Source of the DNA: Geosiphon pyriformis uo1
Taxonomy: Eukaryota; Fungi; Glomeromycota
DNA length: 64,000 nt
Direction: 5' to 3'
NCBI GenBank assembly: GCA_016748015.1
Contig: JAAOMT010000436.1
Location: 1,362,847-1,426,846, forward strand
Part shown: one piece after another, positions 47,338 to 61,927 of the stretch
How the letters are laid out: every line of letters begins with the position of its first letter
Numbering within the stretch: the stretch's first letter is position 1
Translations under genes and position numbers: made by a program
Notes under the pieces: model-generated
Database searches by the model: none
The model's input: the letters and a program-made list of their open reading frames with translations, nothing else
Told to the model about the DNA's origin: nothing

Positions 47338-50300
47338 TATTATAGATAATTATTTAAATATTAAATAAATAACAAATCTATAATTTGGTGCTTAATAGAT
47401 AATTATAAAAATAAGGTTTAAAAATTTTTGTAATTTGAAAATTTTAATTAAATTTTTTGTATAATAAACAAAAATTTAATGGCAAATAATTGACAACACT
47501 CAATGTTTAACTTTTTAGCATAGTAACTAGTTTATTCTAATAAATAAATTTTATAATAAATAATTCTTACTATTTACTCTATACTTTATTTTGGTGTTTT
47601 TTATTAAATAATTTTTAATATTATAATTTTAATACTTTTTTTAATTTATTTTAGTAAACACAACAAACAAAATAAAGAATATAAATAAAAATTAGAAAAT
47701 TAGTATTCTATTAATAACTATAATTAAAAACTATTATTTTAGTGTAGTTAAATATTAATTATTATCAACATAAGTTATTAATATAATAAAAAATAGTAAA
47801 TAATTTAATTAATAAATGATAATAACATAAATTGAGTAGTAATTAATAATTTTATTTGATAAATAAATAATTTTACTTTAAATAATAGCAAATTAACTTT
47901 TAAAATAAATAGAAAAAAAAATTAAGTCTTGAATTTTTGTCTTTTTTTCTATTTTTATTGTTATATATATATATATAATTTTTTTTATAGAAATTTCTAA
48001 AATTCTAATATCTTGTAATTTTTATTAAGAGTATTATTGAAATTTTGGAATTTTTTTTTACTATACTTATTTTTAATTAACTATTTTTTTACTTATTATT
48101 TTTCTTATTTATTATTAAATAAGTAATATATTTTTTTTTTAATATTAAGCTTCATTAAAATTTTCTAAATTTTCTCTTTAAATTAACTTTATTACTTTTT
48201 TTTCTAAATTATATTGGCAATTCTGGTTTGTAATTTTTTAAATTAAATATTGATGATTTTTTTTATTAGTTAATTGTTACTATATTTATTACTAAATATA
48301 GTAGTATTTCTAAATAATTTTGAAATTTTGTTTATAATTGCTAAATTATTTTTACATAAATTGTTTTATCTATTATAATATAATTAAATCAAATATTTAC
48401 TTGGTTTTATCTGTATATAAGTTTTAAATATTTAGCTGTTTTTTTAAGTGATAATAGCAAAAGTTTTTAAAAAACTGTTGTGTTTATTAATTTTAATTTT
48501 TTTTGATTATTTTTTAGTATGCTGTTATTATTATTGAATTTTTTATTTTTATTTTTATTTTTTTCATTATTTTATCTATTATATTTTTAAATAATAGATG
48601 TATTTAGTATTGTAAATTGTTTTAAAGTTTTTGTTTCTTTTTTGTGTCTTTGTATTAAATAATTTGTTTATTTATTGTGATTTTTATGTTTAATTTTTAA
48701 TATTTTATAAGTTGAAACAATTATTGTACTATAAAGTGAATATTATTAGTAAATTTTATTTTTTTAATCACTTTTTTTGTTATATCTATTGGAATTTTAT
48801 ATAATTTCAACTGATTTGATTTATATTTGTTTCAATCTTATAAAATTTCATTTAATTTAACTAGTATTTTTTGTATTTCTAATTGTAGAATATTATTGGT
48901 AACTAATAATATTTTGTTATAATATAGTTTGATTAAAATTTTATTATCTTATTAGTTTATATGTTTTATTTTCCAATATAAAATAAATTGTCTTATTTGG
49001 AATTAAACTTTTTATTTTATTGTTTTTTTATCTTAGTATAATATAAAAGTATTTTGTCTTTAATTTTGAATTTAACTGATTTATCTAATAGTTAATTATC
49101 ATGTTGTTTTTTTGTTTTTTTTGTAATTTTTGAATATTATTAACTGTTTTTTTTTGTTTATATTTTAGTGTTTTTATTGATTTATATATTTTTTATAATA
49201 ATATTACTTAAAAATTAACTTCTGTTATTGGTTTAATTAGATATGTCTAAATATTTATTTTAATTCATAATGTTATTATTTTATTATAAACCAATTTAAA
49301 TTGTGTTATCTAAATTGTATTTGTTTTATTGTTTAATAAGCAAATAATACTGATAATATAAACAAGTTTTATTTGTTTTGATTTTTCTGGCTAATTTTAA
49401 TTATTATTTTATACAATATTTTGTTAAATTTTTTGATTAAGCCATTTGTTTATAGATAATATAATAATAAAAATGGTTTTTTTATTTCAAATCTTTAATT
49501 TAATTCTATTAAAGTTTTGTTTACAAAGTAAGTTCTCTAATTTAATAATAATTTTTTTGAATATTTATAATAATAAATCAATTTTTGGTGCACAAATTTT
49601 GCTGCTGTTTTTGTATTATTATATATTTGTTGTTTTTATTAATAATTATTAATAATTCTAAGTTAATTTTAATTTGATCAAATAATTGTCTTATTTTAAT
49701 TGGTTTTAATAGTTTATTGGGTCTTAATCTTCTTTTTTTTTAACAAATATTATAATTTTAAACATATTAAATAATATTTGAATATATTGATAATTAGTAG
49801 TATTATTTTTTAGTTTTTTAATTATAACTTCTTTATAGAAATATTTTGTTATTGGCTTTAAGTACATATTAAACAATATTGTTTTTTTTCTGGTTTTATA
49901 ACTATTCTAAATAACTGGTTTAATTTTTTTTATTTTTCTAATATAATATATTTTAGCAAGTAATAAAATATTTTAATTGTTGTTTTAAATAATTTTGTTT
50001 ATTTTAAGATAATTTTTTCTTAAATTTTTGGTTATTAAGATAGTATTATAGCTATTAGTATTTTTATATATTCATTTTTTAACCTATTTTTGGTTTGTAA
50101 TTTTCTTAAATTTGTCTTATTCTGAATAATCTATTAACATTTTCGTTTTTTTCTCTTTTTGTAGTATATTGTATATTTAAATAGTAATAATTTTATCTTT
50201 TATTTTGTATAATAATTGTTTTCAAATTTTTGTTTTAAAATTGATGTTGATTCTTTGTGGTTTATATTTATGTCGAATTTTTAACTTAAATACTTTTTTT

Positions 50301-50923
50301 ATTTCATTACAGCCTAATATATAACCAAGTATTTTAGTGTTAAAGTGCTGTAATTTTTTTTAATTGAACTTTAACTTTAGTTGGCATATGTTATTAAATG
50401 TTCTTATTTATTAAATTTTTATTATAATAAAACTGTTTTTAATGTTTGATCTAATGTATTTGTTGTAATAATATTTGAATAGATTAATATTAAAGCTTAA
50501 ACAAGCTTCTTTTTTAGTGTATTAAAAGTTTTTTGTTGTTGTTTAGTCTATTTATATTTTGTGTTTTTTGTTTAAAACTGATAAAATAGTTAAACCAGTT
50601 TGGAAAAATTGTAAATAAAATAATAGTAATATTTAACAAATTCAAAAAATGCTCTTATTTTTATGAAATTTATTGGTACTAAAAAGTTTTTAACTTTTTT
50701 AATTTTGTTTAAATTTGTTTTGATGTTATTTTTATTAATAACATGTTTCAAAAACTTGAGCTTTGTTCTTTTAAAAAAGCACTTGATAATATTTAATTTT
50801 AATTCAGCTTTTTTTAATTTTTTAAATACTTATTGAAGATAATAGAAATAATTATTAAATGTTTTAAAAAATATAATAGTATTATTTAAATATATAACTA
50901 TTAATTTCTATAGTATTCTTGTA

Positions 50924-53900
50924 AATATTGTTAAACTTCTTTCTCTCCTTCATCCCAAATTCCTGAAAAAGAGTCAAATTTTAAAAGAAGCTTTTTTTTG
51001 TTTTGCATACTGTCTTCCACTATTTTTCAAGAAACAAACTCCTTTGTTGTTGAACCGGCTGCCACTATGAGTAGGCCTGGAGCTAAGAAAAGGTCAACTA
51101 GAGTCTCGACCACTGGTTCAGTTGGTGGAGGTTCAACCCAAAAAGTCAGAAAGTCTCTCAGTACTATTAAGTATTCAAGTGCGGATAAGAACCTCAAGGA
51201 TGGTGGGTCTGGTTGTGAGGATGGGCAATTTGCTAGCATGGATACGGATGGAAGAACCTCTGATGGTAAAAGCACTTCTGACTCCCAAATGAATATGTCC
51301 AATGTGAAGCGTTTCAATGCTGGTACAGCTATCAGTTCCCCTATTGGCTCTATTGATTATGGCATGGATAATGAGGTGAAAGTTTCTCTTCCTCCCTATT
51401 TGTCTTTCTCTTTGGAGAAGGTGTGGGTGAAACCCAAAATTGTTAAGTCTCAGGTGGAAGTTGCTGTGAAGAAATCATTCGCATTGAACATCAATCTATC
51501 TGCTGTGGAAGGAAAATTGGTTACAGCCAAGACTCAGGTTATCAGGAAATTGTTTTCAACAATCAATGGTTTTGGGAGGGCCACTACCCTCTCAAAATTT
51601 GAAGGAATCATCTGATCAACATTTACTTCAGTAGAAAGCATAGAAAAGACCGCGTCATTGGCTAGGGAAAATAACATCATTGTAAACAACAATCTTAAGA
51701 GACAAAGAAATATGCTCAGATCGGGCCATAGTAATCAAGAAAATTCCCATGAACACACCAAAGGAAAGGATTGTCGCCGCAATATCCGAGTTTGGAAAAA
51801 TTAAGTCAATCAAAATCCAGTTGATTGGTTTATGGCAAAAGGCTATAGTAGAATTCGCTGAATTGGAACAGGCTGTGTCTTTGGTTGCTAAATGGTCTTT
51901 CTTGATTGGTAAAGACTCAGTTCGTGTGACTATGGCAGTGGATGACTGTAAAACTTGGGCATCTAGGGACCAGTTCAAGGCACTTTTGTTTACTTTGCCA
52001 GTGGGGACTACTGCTCATGATCTTGGGGATCTTCTTGAAGGGGCTGATGGGAAAACTTGTGTCATAAATTGGTCATTGGAGACTGGTAATAGGGTCTGCT
52101 GTGCTGTTGTGTGTTTTGATTCTGATGAGGTTTTGGAGTCAGCTTTTCGCACAAAACCGATTCTTGGTGGTGTGAAACTCTCATGGGCTAGACTGGATTT
52201 GGTTTACTGTGAACGGTGTGGGAAGTTTGGTTATTCTGCCTTGGAATGTGATGCTGAGATTGCATCAGCTTTCAAATCTTCAAAGTTTTTTATAAGGCCT
52301 ACCAACCCTGATACTCGTCTCCAGCTGGCCAAATTGTATGCGAAGAAGAATGTGCCGATCTCTTATCCTGTTGCCTTTGGTGACAAATCTTGGGCTCAAG
52401 TGGTCTCAGTTGCTTCAGTCTCTCATGGTTTTCATGCTGGTTCTGGTTCCAGTTCCCCGCCTTCCGGTGATTTGAGTTTGGGTGGGGTACTCCTCCCTCT
52501 ACCTGTGGTCAATTCTCCTTTAAGTGCTCGCTTAGCGCTTCTGGAATGCTTTGTGGAGCTTCTGTCTGAACAAATTTCGAACATTCTTTCTTGTCTTGAC
52601 AATATTAGTTTGGCATCCTTGGCGTCTTCCTCTCAATTGGCTCCTTCTGTGGTAGTTTTTCAGTCCCCAATCTCTGTTTCTCTTGTGGTTGCAAACTCCA
52701 ACGTGGATTTTGACATGGCAGTTGATAATTCTTTTGTCCAGCCTATTTTTTTTTCTCTAGGTGTTACTGGTTTGCTATTGGGTCCAAGTAGTTCCAAAGT
52801 CCTGACTTCTAAAGTTGGTGGTCTGGAATTAAAGCTGGTTGCCCTCAACATCTCCATTGGTTTGATTTTGGCTAAGTTAGATCAGTTATGTGCTGGCTCG
52901 GGTTCTTCGGTTATCTCTTCATCACAATAACCAGTTTTATTTGGAAAATTGCCACGTGTAATATTAGGGGAATAAACAATTCTGCAAAGCAGGAAGACAT
53001 TTATCGCTGGCATAAGGAATCTGGTAGTTCAATCTTGATTGTTACAAAAACCAAGTTGTGTTCCAGTTCGCAACCATGAATTATGAAAAGATTTGAGGGT
53101 GTCCAGGTTTTTACATCTGGTCTGGATGTTGGGTTTCATGGAGCTGGTGTGGCTATTTTTGTGAACAATTCTCTGGCTTGTCATGTTTCCAAAGTTAAAG
53201 AGGTGAAGGGCAGGGTTCTTTCAATTCGCCTTTTGTTCAAGAACAAGCTTTCTGTGTCTGTCATTGGACTTTATGTCTGTGTGTCTGGTGGTGACTGTTT
53301 TGTTCAGGCTTCTGTTATTAATTCATTCATTGCTGATACTGTCAACAAGAGTTCTTTTGTTGTTTTGGGTGGGGACTTCAATGAAGACAATTCAGTCAAG
53401 GGAGCAAGTCTTAGGAAATGTTTAGGTTTGGATTTAGTTAATGTTTTTGGTAGTCACTCTCTAGCTAGAATTCCTACTTGGAACAATTCAAAAGACGTTA
53501 GCAAGATTTTGGATTACATTCTAGTTAGTGACTCTTTGATTTCAGCAGTTGTGGATCATGGTGTTGGTTCTGTCTTGGAATTTTTCAACACAGATTACTT
53601 GGCTGTGTTGATGTCTATTGGATTGGGTGGTCTTCTAGATGCTTGTTTGAACAGCATCTGCAAGCATGCTAATAAAGATTACTGGAAGTTTAAGATTAAG
53701 GATGCTGATGAAAAAAAGTGGGCATATTTTAAGGACCTCTCTGAGTGTGTGCTTTTGGGTTCTCTGGATAGGTTCAAGATGGCTGAGGATGATGGCAACT
53801 TGGATGGAATGTAGGGGATGCTAGCTGACGCCATGACTGCTTTTGCTGAAAAATAATTTTCAAGACATTGGTATAGTGAATTTGATTGTGCTAAGAATAG

Positions 53901-56900
53901 ACTCTCTTCTAAATTTTCCAGGTTGGAGCTTTTGGTTGCCAAGTTATTGAAAGTGCTGAGATGGGATGATACTTTGGGCTTTGATCATCTGGCTAACACT
54001 TGGCTTAAAGTTGACTCTTCTGAAGCTTTCAAAGTTTTTGGTATAATCGGGGATGGTTTGGGTTCTGCTGACTTGATAAGTCATCTTTCAAAGGTTAGGA
54101 AGCAATATAGAAAGTCCAAATATTGTGAATCTGAGGTGGCCAAAAGATCTGCTATCAGAGATACAATTGATAAGCATATAGAAAAGTTTGAAATAGACAA
54201 AGGTGGGATGATTCGGAGCATCTTAGAGCGGCCCTTTCACAAAGTCATTCTGGACCATTTGGTTGTTGATGATTCTCTTATTTTGGAACCTAACAAAGTG
54301 AAGCTCAAAGTTGATAACATCATGGTTAATTGGACCAGGAAGTGGAATGCTCTTCCTGCCTTGTCTGGTCTCTGGGCACAACAATATGCCCCTTTGGCTT
54401 ATGTTAATGATAGTGCCTTCAGTCTGGTTATGTGTAATATTACCATGTGTGAGATGTCTTTGGTTATAAGCAATATTCCTGATGGCAAAGCTGCTGGTTT
54501 GTCTGGTATTACCAATGAACTTTGGAAACACACTGGCTATTTGGTTTTGGAGTGTTTGTTGTCTTTGCTGAACTCTTGTTTGCGTTTTAGTAATGTTCTG
54601 GTCCATTGGAAAGAGGCCTGGGTGTCCATGATTCCTAAGCCTTATGGTTGGGATGGTGTCTTGTCGAATACACGACCTATTGCATTGATTGAGACAGCCA
54701 GGAAGATTCTGTCAAAAGTTCTCTTAGACATGATCTCTCTTGCTTGTAGTAGGTTTGATGTCCTCCATGGTAACAACTTTTCTGTCCTCAAAGGCACTTC
54801 CACTCAGTTACCAATTTCAGCTGTGGGTTCAATTGTAGAGGATGCTTTGAAAAAAAGCCGTGAACTTTGGCTAGTTCTTCAAAACATGCACAAAGTGTAT
54901 GACTCTGTTGGTTGGCCTCATTTAGAAGCTAGTTTACGCTGTATTAAAATGTACAGCAAGTTTATCAAGTTTTTTGGCAACATTCACAAAAGTCACTTCA
55001 ACAGAGTCATGATAGATTTTGGTTTTTCTGATGGATACAAAGTTTTTGATGGTTTGGATCAGGGCAAAGTTTTCTCATCTCTTCTATGGAGAATTTTTTA
55101 TGACCCTTTGTTATGTGAAGTTGTGAGACAAGATCATTTGTGTGGTTATCGGATCAATTTGAACTTTGTGTTGAAGACTGGAAGGATTGAGACTAATGGG
55201 GGTATGACCTCTTTTTTTGTGGCTGGTGCCTTTGTTGATAACACTATTTGGGTGGGAAATGGGCAAGCCTCTATGCAGCACATTCTTAATGTGGCCAGTG
55301 AGTTTTTTCTCATCAATGATATTAACATAAACAACGAAAAGACGATTGCCATTCCTATCAACAAAAGAGTGGGAGTTTCTGTTTTATTCATCAACAGCCA
55401 GGTTATTGCTGTTGCCAATCCTGGTCTAAGTCATTAATATTTGGGTATTTTTTTGTCCACTGATGGTTTGTCTAAGCTGAGTCTTGCCAAAGCCAATTCA
55501 GATATTAAGTTTTTCTCAAATATGGTTTTCCAGAAGGCTGTCTCTGATAAACAATTCTCTTATCTGGTTTCAGCTGTTTTGCAACCCATAGTCAGTTATC
55601 AAACGCAGTTTAGTTTTGTTTCCAAAGCTGTTTGTCTAAAATAAGACATTCTAATTAGGAGGGGTCTTAAGTCGAAAACCAATTTGCCAAGAGACTTTCC
55701 CAATGAGGCATTGCATCACCCCTCTCTTTATGGGCTGAAATTTTTTGAACAGTTGCAAGCTGAATGCAAGACAGCTTCTGTTGTGCAGTTTGTAAATTCT
55801 TCTGGAATTCTTGGCCAACTGTTCGAATATCAAATTATAGATTTGCAGGTTTTGTGCTGGGCTCTGTTGAATTCTCTGCAATATCCTGTTAAGCTAAGAG
55901 TAAACACTTCAAACAATTTTCTAGTGGGTGTGGTTTGTATATTTCTTGACAACAAGCTGTCTTTGGATAACAGGCTTCCCTGTGCCTTTCACTCTCCTGG
56001 CCATTTCCCAATGTCATTAGTGTTGGATGATCCTTTGTATTTCAATGTGGTTCGCTCCTTAAAAATTGCTGGTGTAGCATATGGTGACCAACTTCTGGAC
56101 AAAAATGGTTCTATTGTTAGTTGGCGTATGTTTTGCCGATGAAAAAGACTTGGTTCTAGAGGCCTTGTGCCTTTATGGTTTTTGAAGGCCTCTACTTACT
56201 TGGGTAATTGTTTGCATGCTCCCCCTTCTGTGAGTTTAGCTTCTGTCTGTGCTAGTGTTTTGAATTCAACATCTTTTGCCGACATTCGTGAGGAGATTCA
56301 TAGATTGTGGGCTGATGAGATTGATGTTTATACTGATGGTTCTCTTAGAAGTTTGGGTATGTTTCAGGTGGCGTGTGGTGCTGCCATTTATTTTCCTGGC
56401 TTGAACAAAGGTTTAGAAGTGGAGGTACATGGTGTGCTGTCTTTGACCCTAGCTGAATTAAAGACTATTGCCCTGGCTCTAGAGTGCATTTCCGCCTCTG
56501 TTTCAGTGGCTTTGCACATGGATAGTTAAGTGGCTATCAATGCATGTGTGGCTGAATTGGGTCTGTTACAGCTGGATTGTCGCAATAGTTGCTGGATAGA
56601 AAGGCACCATGTGGTTAATTTGATTAAATCTAAAGATCTGACTGTTCGCTGGATCAAGGTCAAAGGTCATGCTGGCATTGCTGGTAATGTTTTGGCTGAC
56701 ATTCTTACTGAACAGGCTGCGCATTCTGGGGTCTCTCTCTCTGTCAGGATTAATTGTAGATATGTGGTTGCTAATGACAGGCCAGTTTCCAGTAATGCCT
56801 GCCATTTTGTACATGACATTTTTCGTTCTATTTGCAAGTTTTAGTGGGAGGTGGGTCCTGGCCAAGGGGTTGTGTCTTGTTTGTTTGGTCTGGTTGTCGA

Positions 56901-57746
56901 TTGGAATAGTACCACTCTAGTTTGGCACCCTGACTCTCATATGCTCTCTGGGAGTATGTGTCAAGCCACTGCTGCTCTTTGTATGTACTTCATAAAAGCT
57001 GTTCATTTTAGGTTGCCTGTAGCTGTTCGAAAGAGGTTGTATAATAAGAATTACCCTGGTGTGTCTTGTCTGTTTTGTGGTGATGTGGAATTTCCCGATC
57101 ATGGTTTTACTTGTATTAAGGATGCTTCTGTGTGGTCAGATATTTTGGGTGATTTTGGTGGTTTGTGGAGGACTTTGATGGGTCCTAATCTACTGTTGCC
57201 GTCTTTTGTACTGCGAGATCTTTCTCTGAGGGTGTCTGATATTGGGTTGTATTCGGTTTTTTGTAAGAGATTTGTTCTTAAGAGTTGGATGGATGAGACC
57301 ACTGCTTCTCTTGGTGACAAGAAGAAAGTGGCCGTTATGGTGGTGGATTTTATCCGTCATTTGGCTAAGAGTCATAGAACAAACCTATGGCTCTTTAGGA
57401 CTAAGTTCAGGTCTGACATGGAGAGAAGTGGTTTGATTAATGATGATGTTGTTGTGGCCGGTGCTCTTGGTGTGGATGCTCTGCCTCTCTCAGCTGGCAT
57501 GGTCCATCTTATTGGTGTGCTAGATTCTCTTAATGTCGGTTTTGGTTTTAGGGATAGGTTCTTGTTTTTGTCTGGTGCTGTTTATAGGGTTAGTGTTTTG
57601 ATAAATGTGTAGTGTTGCCTTGATTGGCTTAAGTGGCCAGTCACATGTAGCAAATGCATGAACCATGTTTAGTTGGCTACTTTTCTTTGTAATTTATTCT
57701 AGACTTTGATTGGGCTGCACTCGTTAATAAATAAATAAATAAAAAA
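50924..57746 (+). mobile_element. Full-length LINE copy C (divergent subfamily), inactivated; ORF1 51067-52930, ORF2 52927-57612
   Basis: Same architecture as A and B. Tail (TAAA)n + A-run. TSD ATTCTTGTA (50915-50923) / ATTTTTGTA (57747-57755) lies inside the Gypsy RT. The ORF2 start is mutated ATGA->ATAA. Confidence 0.95.
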
Positions 57747-58809
57747 ATTTTTGTATAGACAATTTTTATTAGCCATTGAAAAATAGCTGGTGTATTGGTT
57801 AAGTCAAAAGACATAACATTAAATTTGAAGTTTTTTTTGTTTTGTAGTAAATGTTGTTTTTTTTTTGTTATTTGAATTTATGACTATTTATTAATAATTA
57901 CTATCTAAGTTCAATATTAAAAATTAGTTTTTTCTGTTAAAAGCATCAAATAATTTTTAAATATATGAAATTAGATAGCTGTTATCTTGAATAATATTGT
58001 TAAGCTTTTTATAGTTTACACAAAAATGAATTTTTCTATTTTTTTTCTAATAAGTATTACTAATAATAATTATAAGCTTATAAATAATTAGATTAAACTA
58101 TTGTTTAACATTTAGTTGATCTTCTGATAAATAATTTTATGGATAACAAATGGTATTTTGTATGTTTTCTGATTAATTAACATTGTATTTTCAGTTTTTA
58201 TTTAATTCTAAATAATATCAGTTTATTCAAATTTATTCTTATTTACAAAGATATTTGCAAAGTTGTTAAACAACAATTTAATCTGCATATATTAAAGTAA
58301 ATTCAAATTTTCCAAGTTTATTTGTTCTAATTGTTTTAATTATAGTAAATAATATTTTTGTTTTTTATAAATGATTTATAATATAATATTTACATATCCA
58401 AAAAGTTATAAGAAGTTTAAAACAATAATTGGTAGTTAATTTTTTACTTTAGTATTTAAGTATCTAATAATCATTCTAATTAATAATTTTATTAAATTTT
58501 TTGTTGTATTATAAATTGAAATTTTAATGTGTTTATAGTTCTTAATTGGTAAATATAGATTAGTAATACCAATTTTTTTTAATTTATAAATAATTAGTTT
58601 TATTTCAAAAATCTGGTATTGATTTTTACTATTTTTACTATATATTGATTATATAATACAACAAAAATTAATTAATTAATGAAAATAATTTTTTTTTAAT
58701 TAATTGTTTCTTTTTTTATTATATTTACTAATATGTTATTTTTTTTAGTTAATCTAAATATATTGATTTTTTTTGCTGTTATTTTTAACTTTTTTTTTGT
58801 TTATATTAA

Positions 58810-59115
58810 TATTAACAAAGCTATTTTAATTAGAAATAAAAATATTGTCTGTGTTATTTTTTTAATTTATTTTGTAGTATTGTACTAATATTCTCATATA
58901 TTTTGCATTAATTATTTTTTTTTGGATACTGATTTCTTTTTTTGTTAAATTAAAACTAAATATTAATTAAACTATTATTGTTGCTAAAATTTTTAATGGT
59001 ATTTTTAAATTTATCTAAGTGTATAAATTAGGTTTTAATATGATAATATTTTTTTTAAATATTTAAAATTAAATTCTATATCTATATTATATACATATTT
59101 TGACATAATAATTTT
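58810..59115 (-). pseudogene. dUTPase domain relic within the Gypsy pol, between protease and RT
   Basis: Eroded motifs in correct order and spacing: DIEFNF (<-DAGFDL, 59065-59082), LIFSFNLTKK (<-LASRSSLAKK), KKIINAKY (<-GGIIDAGY, 58898-58921) and ITQTIF (<-IAQAIF, 58840-58857). Restoring them needs almost only A->G and T->C reversions. Confidence 0.65.
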
Positions 59116-61815
59116 ATTATTATTATTAAACTACTTAAGTTTTTGTTTCATTAAAAAATTTAAAAGCACAATATATAAGTCGAAATTATTACTGCTATTA
59201 TTATTATAAACAATATTAGAAATATTGTTATTATTATTATTAGAATTAAATTGGAATTGATTTTTAATTTTAATTTCTATATATATCTACTAATTGGTTT
59301 TTTTAGAAGGATTAAATAGATTATATAAGATAGTAAATTGTAAACAGTATCACAATTATTAAAATATTTAAAATAACATAAAATTAAATAATAGTTGTAT
59401 AGTTTAATATTAAAGTTAATTAATCTTTGCTCCTGTTTTTTTTATAAGAATAAGTTTTTAATAACATTTTTAAAATACTTCTGAGTTATTAGTAAAAAGA
59501 TTATTTATTTCTTTGGCTGCTATAAAAGTATTCTTAATAACATGTATTTTCTTAATAATTGTATTTTTTTATTTTACTATAGTTATTTTCCAGATTTCAT
59601 TTTTATTATAGAGATATAAGTCTAGTTAATTAATTGTTTAATTATAAATAGTGGTAAATAAAGTTTTTTTGTATGTTTAATTATTAATTAATATAATATA
59701 CTAACAAAATTTATTGTATGTTTTTTTTATTAGAAATGTTATTCTATAGTCTTTTATTGAACAAGATTTTTTTATAAACAAAACAATAGTATATTATCTT
59801 ATTTGTCTTATTATTTTAGATGTTTAAATTATTTTAATATATATAAATAACATTAATATTTTGTAATAATTGATTATATTTTGTTATTTCTTATACAAAT
59901 ACCTATTAATAATAATTTTTTATTATAATTAACACAAATTAACTTGGATAATTAATAAAGTTAATTTTATTAATTTAGTAAAACATATATAAAAACCAAG
60001 ACTTATGGTTTTTTTTCAGCTTTTTTTTTGTTTTTTTCTTTTATATTAATATTAGTAATAATTTATTATAATTTTTTTCTATTCAAAAAACTTAGTAAAC
60101 TTCTTAAGTAAATTTTTTTTAATTGATTAATAATTGTTTATTAGTAGTAATTTTAAAGTGTTTACAAATAACAAATACTTAATTATACTAACACTAAACA
60201 TTAGTTAAAGCTTTTGAATATTTTAATTAAATATAGTATTAGTTTTAAATAGCCAATTATTACTAATAAGTACTTAATATTATATAACTTTTATGACAAA
60301 AACTTTAATAAATATGATGATACTATTAACATTAAAAAAAAGTTATTAATTTTGCCAATTGAAATTTTTGTTGCTTTATTAACAATAATAATATATGTAT
60401 TAATAGTTTTATTAATTTAATAATTTAATTAATCTATAAGTTTATTTTACATTTTGTTTTAGTATTTTTTATCAAATAATCTTTAATGTTGTAATTTTAA
60501 TATTTTTCTTAATTAATTTTAGTAAATACAACAAACAAAATAAAAAAGATAAACAAAAATTAAGAAATTAGTATTTTATTAATAACTATAATTAAGAACT
60601 ATTATTTTAATATAACAAAGAATAGTAAATAATTTAATTAATAAATAATAATAACATAAATTAAATAGTAATTGATAATTTTATTAATAGATAGATAATT
60701 TTATTTTAAATAATAGCAAATTAACTTTTAAAGTAAATAAAAAGAAAAAAAACTAAATCTTAGATTTTTGTCTTTTTTTTCTTTTATTTTTATTGTTATA
60801 TATACATAAATTTTATTATACAAAAAATCTTTGAATTTTTTTTATAAAAATTTCTGGAATTCTGAAATTTTGTAATTTTTATTAAGAGTATTAATTTTTT
60901 TTTATTAAATCTATTTCTAATTAGTTATTTATTTACTTATTATTTTTTCTATTATTATATAAATAATAACATAAACTAATAAGAAATATTATTAATACTA
61001 TACTTTAAGAATAGTTTTTAATATCTTTTACTTTTTTGTTTAATTTTTTATAATTATATTTATTTTAAACTTGACCAATTTAGGTTTTAATATCAGATTT
61101 TTACTAACAATCAAATAATCCAAAACTATTTTGTAAAAAAAATGCTTTAAAATACTTCTAATAGTATAATTCTTATTTATTTTAAAATTTTCTATTCTTT
61201 TATTAATAATTAATTTGATTTATATTTTTTTAGCTTACTAAAACTTTATTATCTTTAAAACTTGATAAAACTTTTTTGTCTTAAATAAAACAGACTAAAT
61301 AATATTAAAACCAATGTTTAAATTAGCAAAATTTACAATATTAAAAGTATTATTAGCATTAAAAAAAAACCAAAGCTTTAAGAAAAAATTAAAATTATTA
61401 CTTAATATCAAATAAAAAATCTTAATTATTTTAGAGATCAAAATTTTCAACTTGTAAAAATAGAATAAAAACTTAGTAAAACACTGTTATAATTTTTAAA
61501 TTAAGTTTTAGAAAATATTTTATTTGTTAAAAAGCAGTGTTACAGATGATTCTTTGGAGTGTTGAGTAAATAACCAACCTGTAACTTGGTGTTCAAGGCA
61601 ATTGGTGACAATGATAATCTGAAGATATTTTATCTGAAGGTTTTTCCAATTGAGTTCTTTGTATAATAGACAGAGATTCAATGGTAACAGTTTATCAGTA
61701 GTTTTCTGGCACCATAGTTTTGCCAATTGCTTGCTCAGCTTGATGGTTGATAATTCTCCTAGTATGATATCTTCCATAAGTATATATCAATGTGGTTTCC
61801 TAACGTCAGTTCTTT

Positions 61816-61927
61816 CATAAGTCCTCCAAGAGTAAGTGTTGTTTAAGCAAGTTTATTTCTCCATAAGTCCTCCAAGAGTAAGTATTTTTCAGTAAGCTTT
61901 ATTCCTCCATAAGTCCTCTAAGAGTAA
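61816..61927 (+). repeat. 3 x 46-bp tandem repeat inside the solo LTR (core CATAAGTCCTCCAAGAGTAA)
   Basis: Cores start at 61816, 61862 and 61908. Confidence 0.85.

Larger units (their letters stand above)
47338..60968 (-). mobile_element. Decayed Ty3/Gypsy LTR retrotransposon (PR-dUTPase-RT-[RH]-IN), split by LINE C, with a deletion of U5/PBS/gag
   Basis: 3' LTR at 47338-48128 with an adjacent A-rich eroded polypurine tract. Partial 5' LTR at ~60441-60968. TSD ATAT (47334-47337) / ACAT (60969-60972). Eroded motifs: protease 60150-60440; RT FCVNYKKLN (~58000), FKFNVMSFDLTNTPAIFQ (~57780-57830) and YLNN=YLDD (50881-50892); integrase TNGLIKKFNK=TNGLVERFNR (~49420-49450). Confidence 0.85.

Noticed and set aside
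39000-50900. Mitochondrial insertion or AT-rich endosymbiont DNA
   Set aside because: No organellar or bacterial genes, tRNA or rRNA are recognisable. Large parts decode as LINE, Gypsy, LTR or TIR relics.
19951-57375. Numerous antisense and alternative-frame ORFs inside the LINEs and genes
   Set aside because: These are shadow ORFs with no motifs and are not conserved between copies.
61520-61777. 85-aa ORF
   Set aside because: It lies in the non-coding LTR, runs across its boundary and is not preserved in the other LTR copies.
61816-61927. CRISPR-like repeat-spacer pattern
   Set aside because: There are only three units, the 'spacers' resemble each other, it lies inside an LTR in a eukaryote, and no cas genes are present. 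It is a tandem repeat.
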